From Nanobdella aerobiophila (GTDB lineage: Archaea; Nanobdellota; Nanobdellia; Nanobdellales; Nanobdellaceae): DNA of 32,000 bases. Location: NCBI RefSeq assembly GCF_023169545.1, contig NZ_AP019769.1:1-32000 (forward strand), written 5' to 3'. Of the stretch, positions 25,001-31,773 are shown piece after piece (the first letter of the stretch is position 1; every line of letters begins with the position of its first letter). The notes under the pieces are model-generated. The model was given only the letters and a program-made list of their open reading frames with translations, searched no databases and was not told where the DNA came from. The position numbers and the translations under genes were made by a program.

Positions 25001-25569
25001 TGTATATACCAATATTTTCAAAAAGTATTGTAGATTTTGTTGAAAAAGATGTTTTAATTATTGGAAAAGTAATTGATATATCCGAGGATAGAAAGATGTC
25101 TAGAATAAAGGTTTTAGACTATTATGGTTATTTAGATATAAGATTTTTTGAAAATATTGATATAAAGATATTTGATACCGTTATGGTTCTTGGAAAGGTT
25201 AAACTATATGATAATTATCATTATATATATGGAAGATATATAGTGAAATTATTAGAAAGGGAAGAAATATTTTGGAGAATGAGATTTCTTAAAAAAATTA
25301 AGAGAAAAGTTAAAAAAAAGCAAGTTAAAGATATAAATATGGAAGATAAAAAAGACAAGAATTTTGACGAAATTGAAGATAAAGATATAAGATTAAGAAA
25401 GGAAATATTAGAATATATAAAAGAAAATGATAAAGGTGATGGAGTATCATTAAAAGATATTTATAATTTCTTTGAGGAACCAGAAGAAAAAATAGAAAAT
25501 ATTATAAAAGATTTGTTATCTTCAGGAGAGATTTATGAATCTTCCTTAGAAAAATATAAATTAATATGA
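25000..25569 (+). CDS. Uncharacterised OB-fold + winged-helix protein (RPA32/Stn1-like architecture), translationally coupled to mcm
   Basis: 189 aa. An N-terminal OB-like strand pattern, a Lys/Glu linker, and a C-terminal tail that aligns by eye with the MCM C-terminal wH. The start shares 1 nt with the mcm stop, and the stop overlaps the aIF-2beta start. Confidence 0.5.
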   Translation: MYIPIFSKSIVDFVEKDVLIIGKVIDISEDRKMSRIKVLDYYGYLDIRFFENIDIKIFDTVMVLGKVKLYDNYHYIYGRYIVKLLEREEIFWRMRFLKKIKRKVKKKQVKDINMEDKKDKNFDEIEDKDIRLRKEILEYIKENDKGDGVSLKDIYNFFEEPEEKIENIIKDLLSSGEIYESSLEKYKLI

Positions 25570-25994
25570 TACCAAAATATGAAGATATGTTAGATGAAGT
25601 ATATGAAAAATTATCTAAGATTAAGGTTTCTCATGGATCTAGTTTGGGATTAATTAGTGTACCATTACCAAAAGTTAATTATATAGGAAAATGGACTTCC
25701 ATAGAGAATACAAAAAATATATTAGAGGTGATAAATAGAGATATAACTTTATTGGCATTATTTTTTCAAAAAGAATTTAATGTACCGTCTAAGATAGAAG
25801 ATAATAAAATAATATTACAGAAAAAAATAGATTTTGAAAAAATAAAAGACAAGCTAGATAAATTTGTAGACATATTTGTTAGATGTCCTGTATGTAAGAA
25901 ATTAGATACAAAAATAGAAAAGAGGGAAAGAATATATTATATTAAGTGCATGGTATGTGGTGCAGAGAGTCCGATAATATATTATATAAGATGA
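25566..25994 (+). CDS. eif2b: Translation initiation factor aIF-2 beta subunit
   Basis: 142 aa. N-terminal YEDMLDEVYEKL and the C-terminal zinc ribbon CPVCKKLDTKIEKRERIYYIKCMVCGA, as in archaeal aIF-2beta. Confidence 0.8.
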   Translation: MIPKYEDMLDEVYEKLSKIKVSHGSSLGLISVPLPKVNYIGKWTSIENTKNILEVINRDITLLALFFQKEFNVPSKIEDNKIILQKKIDFEKIKDKLDKFVDIFVRCPVCKKLDTKIEKRERIYYIKCMVCGAESPIIYYIR

Positions 25995-26278
25995 TGTATA
26001 TAAGGACATATACAGATAATTATGGAAAAGTAGTTATTATATCTGATAAAGATTTATTTGGTAAAAAATTTGAACAAGATGATATGGTAATTGAGATAAA
26101 TGAATTCTTTAAAGGCGACGAAATTGATGATATAAATATAAAAGATTTGGAAGATGCATATCTATTATATGCAGTTGGAGAGAATACAATAAATAGATTA
26201 AAAGATATAAATATAATAAAAGAAGAAGATATCAAGAAAATAAAAAATATACCTTACACATTTTTAATGTTTTTATGA
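25991..26278 (+). CDS. DUF424-family protein (COG2412-like)
   Basis: 95 aa from the ATG at 25991 (ATGA overlap with the aIF-2beta stop). The pattern MYIRTY...VVIISDKDLFGKKFEQDDMVIEINEFFKGDEI ... LYAVGENTINRL...II.EEDI.KI.NIPY matches DUF424 proteins, which commonly sit next to aIF-2beta. Confidence 0.6.
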   Translation: MMYIRTYTDNYGKVVIISDKDLFGKKFEQDDMVIEINEFFKGDEIDDINIKDLEDAYLLYAVGENTINRLKDINIIKEEDIKKIKNIPYTFLMFL

Positions 26279-26778
26279 AAAGAACATGCCCTTCTTGTGG
26301 GAGAGAAGTAAATAAATTATATAATGGTTTATGTTATAAATGTTATAAAAAAACAAAATCACCTATAGAGGAAATAAAAAAAGTATATATATGTAGATAC
26401 TGTAGTAGGATTAGATATAAAAATAAATGGGTAGACAGTGTTAATGGTAAATATATAGCAAAATATATTATTTGTAATAATTGTAAGGGTTATATAAAAA
26501 AATATAATTTGATATTACAATTTAGAAACATAGATATAACTATTAAGGATTTACTATCAAATCTTATAAAAAATAATAAAGATATTGTAAAGAAAATAGA
26601 TTATAAGGATGATAATAATTTTGATATATATCTTTATGTAAAGAAAGGAGCATTGAATAAATATATTAGATTATTAAAAGCTTATGGGAAAATAAAAATA
26701 ACTAGAAAATTATATGGTTATAATAAAAACAATGGTAGAAAAGTGTACATAACTACAATATTGACTTATAACTTATAG
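26275..26778 (+). CDS. NMD3-like zinc-binding protein (N-terminal NMD3 domain only, 167 aa)
   Basis: Cys clusters CPSCG-x10-CYKCY, then CRYC ... CNNC with KWV spacing, as in the NMD3 N-terminal domain. Much shorter than typical archaeal NMD3 homologues. Confidence 0.55.
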   Translation: MKRTCPSCGREVNKLYNGLCYKCYKKTKSPIEEIKKVYICRYCSRIRYKNKWVDSVNGKYIAKYIICNNCKGYIKKYNLILQFRNIDITIKDLLSNLIKNNKDIVKKIDYKDDNNFDIYLYVKKGALNKYIRLLKAYGKIKITRKLYGYNKNNGRKVYITTILTYNL

Positions 26779-26783
26779 AAAAC

Positions 26784-26793
26784 TTTATAAATA
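26784..26793 (+). promoter_or_regulatory. TATA box (TTTATAAATA, preceded by AAAAC), centre about 26 nt upstream of the ATG at 26815
   Basis: Best consensus-like promoter in the window. It supports the small acidic ORF as an independent leaderless unit. Confidence 0.45.
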
Positions 26794-26814
26794 TTTATCT
26801 TATTATATAGCTTT

Positions 26815-26940
26815 ATGGATTGGGATGCGTTAGAAAAGAAAGAAATGAGATATAGAATGAAAGCAGATGAAGATGAGGACGACGAAGATTTAGAACTAGA
26901 TGAGGGTGAGTTTGGAGATTGGGAAGATGAAGAGTGGTAA
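26815..26940 (+). CDS. 41-aa highly acidic Trp-containing peptide (hypothetical), not in the ORF track
   Basis: Manual translation gives MDWDALEKKEMRYRMKADEDEDDEDLELDEGEFGDWEDEEW. It has a correctly spaced TATA box and about 39% G+C by hand count, well above the local background. The track's Ser-rich minus-strand ORF is its mirror image. Confidence 0.35.
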   Translation: MDWDALEKKEMRYRMKADEDEDDEDLELDEGEFGDWEDEEW

Positions 26941-26989
26941 AATGGTAGGAGATAATTATTAAGCCTTTTATTTATCTTTATTTTTTTCA

Positions 26990-27295
26990 ATGCTTTCTCC
27001 TAATGATAAGGGTATACCCCTGCCTCAAGATAGGAAAATAATTGGTGTGATAGAAGAAGTTTTAGGATGGGCACATGCTAGAGTTCGGTGTTTTGATGGT
27101 CATGTAAGAATATGTAGAGTTCCACAAAATAAGAAATTGCATAAGAATATTTGGTTAAAAAAAGATACTTATGTATTAGTAGAACCATGGGAATTGCAAT
27201 CCGATAAAAAAGGAGATATTTTATATAGTTATTCTCCTTCTGAGGTTGATTGGTTAAAAAAGAACGGATATTTAAAAACCGAAGAGGAATTTTAA
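26990..27295 (+). CDS. eif1a: Translation initiation factor aIF-1A
   Basis: 101 aa. S1-like OB core GVIEEVLGWAHARVRCFDGHVRICRVP...IWLKKDTYVLVEPWELQSDKKGDILYSY...EVDWLKKNGYL matches the eIF-1A family consensus. Confidence 0.85.
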   Translation: MLSPNDKGIPLPQDRKIIGVIEEVLGWAHARVRCFDGHVRICRVPQNKKLHKNIWLKKDTYVLVEPWELQSDKKGDILYSYSPSEVDWLKKNGYLKTEEEF

Positions 27296-27319
27296 AATTT
27301 TTTATTATCTATATTCTAA

Positions 27320-27393
27320 GGGCCTGTAGTCTAGCCAGGCCAGGACGGTGGGCTCCAGACCCATTGGTCGGGGTTCAAATCCCCGCAGGCCCA
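27320..27393 (+). tRNA. tRNA-Trp (anticodon CCA), no intron
   Basis: GGGCCTG TA GTCT AGCCAGGCCA GGAC G GTGGG CTCCAGA CCCAT TGGT CGGGG TTCAAAT CCCCG CAGGCCC A. A 74-nt cloverleaf with T33 and purine 37. No encoded CCA. Confidence 0.85.
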
Positions 27394-27398
27394 AGACC

Positions 27399-27590
27399 TC
27401 ATATATTAAAATTTTTTGATAGATTATAATAAGAATTATTCAAATTATTATTGGAGCTATTTGTTATTAGGTTAGAAGAGGTAGATATAGGATGTAATGT
27501 ACCAGTTATAAATAATAATATAACTACAAGGACAATTATAGCTATAATAATTATTATTATAGTTTCTATAGAAATATTTTGACCTTTCAT
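27399..27590 (-). CDS. Small type IV pilin-like protein with class III signal peptide (63 aa)
   Basis: MKGQNISIETIIIIIIAIIVLVVILLFITG: a KG/Q prepilin-peptidase-type site, a Glu shortly after it, a long hydrophobic helix, then an Asn/Ser-rich tail with N-x-S/T sequons. The start shares 1 nt with the stop of the upstream paralogue. Confidence 0.6.
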   Translation of the reverse strand: MKGQNISIETIIIIIIAIIVLVVILLFITGTLHPISTSSNLITNSSNNNLNNSYYNLSKNFNI

Positions 27591-27787
27591 TATGTTAGAT
27601 TAGATAGATTATTTACTACACCGACTACCTGATTCGTCTGATTTGCGGCAGCATTACCTATACTACTTGTACTTCTTACCCCATTTCCAAAAGAACCAGA
27701 AAAGAATAATATTATAAGTACTAGAACTATTAGAGCAATAATAATAATAATTATCGTGTTAATTGGCATGCTCTGTCCTTTTCTCAT
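27590..27787 (-). CDS. Small type IV pilin-like protein with class III signal peptide (65 aa)
   Basis: MRKGQSMPINTIIIIIIALIVLVLIILFFSG followed by a short tail with the sequons NQT, NLS and NLT. Paralogous to the downstream gene. Confidence 0.65.
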   Translation of the reverse strand: MRKGQSMPINTIIIIIIALIVLVLIILFFSGSFGNGVRSTSSIGNAAANQTNQVVGVVNNLSNLT

Positions 27788-27807
27788 ATAGAATATATCA
27801 TAAAGGA

Positions 27808-27817
27808 ATTTATAAAT
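27808..27817. promoter_or_regulatory. Palindromic TATA element ATTTATAAAT centred between the divergent pilin and argS start codons
   Basis: The element is its own reverse complement. Its centre lies about 25 nt from the pilin ATG (27787) and about 27 nt from the argS ATG (27840), in a 52-nt spacer. Confidence 0.4.
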
Positions 27818-27839
27818 ATTATATTAAAATTTTTATTAT

Positions 27840-29738
27840 ATGTGGATAATAAAGGAATTACTCAAAGACTACGATATAGAATATTCATATCCTCCAAGAG
27901 GTATAGATTATGATATTTCATTACAATTATTTAAAGAATTTAAAAAAGTCGATAATAAAGAAAAACTATTAAATGATATAATAGAAAAAATAAAGGATTA
28001 TGTATTGGATTATAAATTGATTAATGGATATCTAAATATAAAATTGAATAAAAAGAAGTTATTGACCAGATATAATGATTTATTTAAATTTGAGAAAAAT
28101 AATAAATTAATATTTTTGGAGCATACGTCCGCAAACCCAAACAAATCATTGCATATTGGGCACCTAAGAAATTCTATGCTCGGTGATTCTTTATATAAGG
28201 TATTTAAATTACTTAATTATAATATAATTGTATTAAATTATATAGATGATACAGGTGCACAGGTTGCGGATAATGTATTAGGAATATATTTATTAAAAAT
28301 TCCAAAGGATCCAAAAGAATTTAATCTAGAAATTATCATAAATAATATAAAAGAATTTTTAATAAAGGAAAATTTATATATAGAAAATATAGAAGAAAAA
28401 ATAAGAGAAATATTTCTAAATAGGATGAAATCTTTGAAAGAACTATATGGATATGAGATACCTGAGAAAATAGATCATTATTATGGAGATTTTGTATATG
28501 TAATAGTTAATAAATTATATGATATCATTCCGGGATTAGAAAAATATAAATATAAAATAATAAATGATCTAGAAAATGGAAATAATGAAGTATCTAGATT
28601 ATCTGAAGAAATATCTGAGAAGATATTAATCGAACAATTAAATACATTATCGAAATTTGATATATATTATGATATACTAATAAAAGAATCTGATATAATT
28701 AAATATGAATTATTTAAAGAAGCATTAAGTATATTATTAGATAGAGGGTTTGCTAAGAAGATTCGAGGGACTGAAGGTAGTTTGATCGTATTAGATTTAA
28801 CTTTATGGCCCGATGTGGAAAGGGCATATGCAAACTCAGAAAAAATATTAATAAGAGCAGATGGTACTGCTACATATATAGCTAAGGATATTGCTTATGC
28901 TCTATGGAAACATGGAATTATAAATAGAAATATTAAATTTAAGGAAAAAATATTGCAGAAAAATAATTCATATATATTGGAAATAGATGATAATGGTAAT
29001 ATAAATATTAATCCTGCAGATATATCAATAAATGTAATAGGAGCGGAACAGGCTCATAATCAGATGATGGTAAAAAGAGTAGTAGAATCTTTAGATAATA
29101 ATAAAAAGTACATACACTATAGTTATGGATTGGTAATGTTAAATAAAAATACAGCAAAAATATTTGGAATCAATGATGATAAGGTTAAGATGTCTGGAAG
29201 AAAAGGATTATATATAAATGTAGATGACTTATATAATAAATTATATAATATAGCTTTAGAAAAATTTGATAAGATATTAGCAGAAAAAATTATCCGTAGT
29301 TTTATATCTTTAGAAATGTTGAAATATGATAAAAATACAGTTATAAATTTCGATATAAATAAAATGCTAAATTTAGAAGAAGGAAATGCAATATACTTTA
29401 TGTATACATATGCAAGGATAAATTCTTTATTAAATAAGGCTGGAAATATAGATTTGAATATCGATATAGGTGAATTAAATAAATACGAAGAAAAATTGAT
29501 AATAGAATTATTCAAATTTAAGGATGTATTATATGAAGTAGAAAATAATTTGGAGATTAATGTATTATATAAATATCTAGTTGAATTATCTAGAGAATTT
29601 AATAATTTTTATCAACATGTTCCTATATTAAATAATAAAGATACATATCCCCATAGAATATTTCTAGCATATTTAACAAAGATTGTAATGGAAAAGATAT
29701 TTTATGTATTAAAAATAGATACTGTAGATAAGATATAA
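27840..29738 (+). CDS. argS: Arginyl-tRNA synthetase
   Basis: 632 aa. HIGH region SANPNKSLHIGHLRNSMLGD, an MSGRKG motif, and a C-terminal DALR-type anticodon-binding region ending in M. Confidence 0.9.
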   Translation: MWIIKELLKDYDIEYSYPPRGIDYDISLQLFKEFKKVDNKEKLLNDIIEKIKDYVLDYKLINGYLNIKLNKKKLLTRYNDLFKFEKNNKLIFLEHTSANPNKSLHIGHLRNSMLGDSLYKVFKLLNYNIIVLNYIDDTGAQVADNVLGIYLLKIPKDPKEFNLEIIINNIKEFLIKENLYIENIEEKIREIFLNRMKSLKELYGYEIPEKIDHYYGDFVYVIVNKLYDIIPGLEKYKYKIINDLENGNNEVSRLSEEISEKILIEQLNTLSKFDIYYDILIKESDIIKYELFKEALSILLDRGFAKKIRGTEGSLIVLDLTLWPDVERAYANSEKILIRADGTATYIAKDIAYALWKHGIINRNIKFKEKILQKNNSYILEIDDNGNININPADISINVIGAEQAHNQMMVKRVVESLDNNKKYIHYSYGLVMLNKNTAKIFGINDDKVKMSGRKGLYINVDDLYNKLYNIALEKFDKILAEKIIRSFISLEMLKYDKNTVINFDINKMLNLEEGNAIYFMYTYARINSLLNKAGNIDLNIDIGELNKYEEKLIIELFKFKDVLYEVENNLEINVLYKYLVELSREFNNFYQHVPILNNKDTYPHRIFLAYLTKIVMEKIFYVLKIDTVDKI

Positions 29739-29741
29739 ATA

Positions 29742-29751
29742 TTTAAAAATA
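29742..29751 (+). promoter_or_regulatory. TATA box (TTTAAAAATA), centre about 26 nt upstream of the rps10 ATG
   Basis: Identical 10-mer to 10143-10152, with consistent spacing. Confidence 0.4.
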
Positions 29752-29772
29752 TAATCCTATATAAATGATAAC

Positions 29773-30087
29773 ATGTCAATGATAAGAATAAAAATGTGGG
29801 GTACAGATCTAGATACATTAAATCATTTTACAAATAGTATATTAAAGATTATAGAACAATTGGGTATTGAAAAAAGAGGACCAGTAACATTACCTACTAA
29901 AATAATTAGGATACCATCTATGAGAACTTTGGGAAAGAGAGGAACCAAGATATATGAAACATATCAGATGAAGATATATAGAAGATTTATTGATGTAGCA
30001 AATGATGAGAGATTCTTTAAAAGCTATTTTATAAATATGCAAATACCATCTAGAGGATTTAGAATTTCTCTTAAAATATTGAAATAA
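29773..30087 (+). CDS. rps10: 30S ribosomal protein S10
   Basis: 104 aa. IRIKMWGTD...L......I......G....GPV.LPTK....P......G.......Y.M.IY.R.IDV..DER follows the archaeal S10 pattern. Confidence 0.85.
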   Translation: MSMIRIKMWGTDLDTLNHFTNSILKIIEQLGIEKRGPVTLPTKIIRIPSMRTLGKRGTKIYETYQMKIYRRFIDVANDERFFKSYFINMQIPSRGFRISLKILK

Positions 30088-30094
30088 TTTTTAA

Positions 30095-31078
30095 ATGACA
30101 TATGTTTTAGTCAGATTAGATGGACTATATATATTTGATGACGATATAAATAATTTTAAACTTAAAGAATTAAGTTTTGATATTAAAGAACTGATTGATA
30201 TAGAATCAAGAAAATTACCAGATAAAATAAAAGAATTAATAAAGGATGATTATATATTTATTGGGCAAAAATTTGAAAATTATAGATATACAGATGATGT
30301 AAAAATAATAAGGAAGGCATTAGAAAAAGTTAAAGATAGATATAACAATGAATTATTATTAAATTTATTAAAAGAAAAAATATCTAATTCTGTTTCTAAA
30401 GATGAATTAATCATACAGGCAATTAGGTTTTTAGATAATTTAAATAAGTCAATAAATCTAATTGTAGAAATGTTTAGAGAGTGGTATGGCTTATATTTTC
30501 CAGAAATATCACAAAATATAGAAGATCATGAAAAATTTGTAAAAACTATATTAAATAAAAAAAGAGAAGATCTTATTAAAGAATATAATATTAAGATCAC
30601 TATGGGTGGAAAGATATTTGATGAAGCTGATTATAATATATTGAATAATATTGGTTCTCATCTATATAATTTATATACACTAAGAAAAAATATAGAAGAT
30701 TATATAGAAAAATTAATGAAAGAATATGCTCCAAATTTATCTGAGATTGCTACTCCAAATATTGGCGCAAGGTTAATCGCTTTGGCAGGTGGTTTAAAAG
30801 ACTTATCTTCATTACCATCTTCAACAATACAAATACTTGGAGCAGAAAAAGCATTATTTATGCATTTAACTAAGAAAGCAAAGCCACCAAAACATGGAGT
30901 AATATTTAATCATCCTTATCTACAAAAATTACCACAAAAGGCCAGGGGTGCGATGGCCAGAACATTAGCATCAAAAATATCTATAGCTGCTAGGGCAGAT
31001 ATAAATAAGGATATAATATATGATAAATTAAAGGCAGAATTAGATAGAAGATATGAACAGTTGAAGAATAGAAAATGA
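30095..31078 (+). CDS. nop5: Nop5 (Nop56/58) C/D box sRNP core protein
   Basis: 327 aa. REWYGLYFPE, NIGARLIALAGGLKDLSSLPSSTIQILGAEKALF and HGVIFNHPY (Nop domain). ATGA overlap with fibrillarin. Confidence 0.9.
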   Translation: MTYVLVRLDGLYIFDDDINNFKLKELSFDIKELIDIESRKLPDKIKELIKDDYIFIGQKFENYRYTDDVKIIRKALEKVKDRYNNELLLNLLKEKISNSVSKDELIIQAIRFLDNLNKSINLIVEMFREWYGLYFPEISQNIEDHEKFVKTILNKKREDLIKEYNIKITMGGKIFDEADYNILNNIGSHLYNLYTLRKNIEDYIEKLMKEYAPNLSEIATPNIGARLIALAGGLKDLSSLPSSTIQILGAEKALFMHLTKKAKPPKHGVIFNHPYLQKLPQKARGAMARTLASKISIAARADINKDIIYDKLKAELDRRYEQLKNRK

Positions 31079-31749
31079 AACTCAAACCATTAAAGGAGAA
31101 TAAGAATATATTCATTGATGATAAAGGAAGATTATACACAAAAAATTTAGTTAAAGGACAGAAGGTATATACAGAAAAAGTATTTAAGTACAATAATGAA
31201 GAATATAGAGAATGGGTCCTAAAGAAATCTAAATTGAGTGCTTCTATTAAGAAAAATATAGGTTTAGTTCCAATAAATGAAGGAGATAGAGTATTATATT
31301 TAGGTATAGCTGCAGGAACTACAGCATCACATATATCAGATATAATAGGCAATGATGGTATGATATTTGGTATAGATATTGCTCCTAGAATATTAAGGGA
31401 ATTGGTTCCAATAATATATAAGAGGGATAATATAATTGGTTTATTAAATGATTCTGATAAGCCGGATAGTTATCTACATATAGTTCCTAAAGTAGATATA
31501 GTGTACCAAGACGTAGCACAACCTCATCAGATAAAGATATTTTTAGAAAATATAGATTATTATTTAAAAAATAGGGGATATGGATTTTTGGCAGTAAAAG
31601 CAAGATCAATAAATGTTGCGAAGGATCCTAAAGAAATATTTAAAGATGTGAGAAAATCATTAGAGGATCATAGTTTAAATATTTTAAAAGAAGTTAGATT
31701 AGAGCCATATCATAAAGATCATGCAATGTTTTTAATAGAAAATAAATAA
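31075..31749 (+). CDS. flpA: Fibrillarin (rRNA/tRNA 2'-O-methyltransferase)
   Basis: 224 aa. YREW, SAM motif VLYLGIAAGTTASHISDI, and DVAQP. Confidence 0.9.
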   Translation: MKLKPLKENKNIFIDDKGRLYTKNLVKGQKVYTEKVFKYNNEEYREWVLKKSKLSASIKKNIGLVPINEGDRVLYLGIAAGTTASHISDIIGNDGMIFGIDIAPRILRELVPIIYKRDNIIGLLNDSDKPDSYLHIVPKVDIVYQDVAQPHQIKIFLENIDYYLKNRGYGFLAVKARSINVAKDPKEIFKDVRKSLEDHSLNILKEVRLEPYHKDHAMFLIENK

Positions 31750-31773
31750 AAATTTTCTGTATATTCTTAATAA

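Noticed and set aside
25946-25990. Upstream extension of the DUF424 ORF (MHGMWCRESDNILYK).
   Set aside because: It lies entirely within the aIF-2beta zinc-ribbon coding sequence. The ATG at 25991 gives the usual ATGA coupling and begins the family-typical MYIRTY start.
26766-26990. 74-aa minus-strand ORF with a poly-Ser run (SSSSQSPNSPSSSSKSSSSSSSS).
   Set aside because: It starts with TTG exactly at the aIF-1A start and runs into the NMD3-like 3' end. The Ser run is simply the reverse complement of the GAA/GAT/GAG run of the plus-strand acidic ORF, which has an ATG and a promoter.
29123-31352. Minus-strand ORFs 29123-29515 (130 aa) and 30990-31352 (120 aa).
   Set aside because: They are antisense to argS and to the nop5/flpA junction. 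No motifs.
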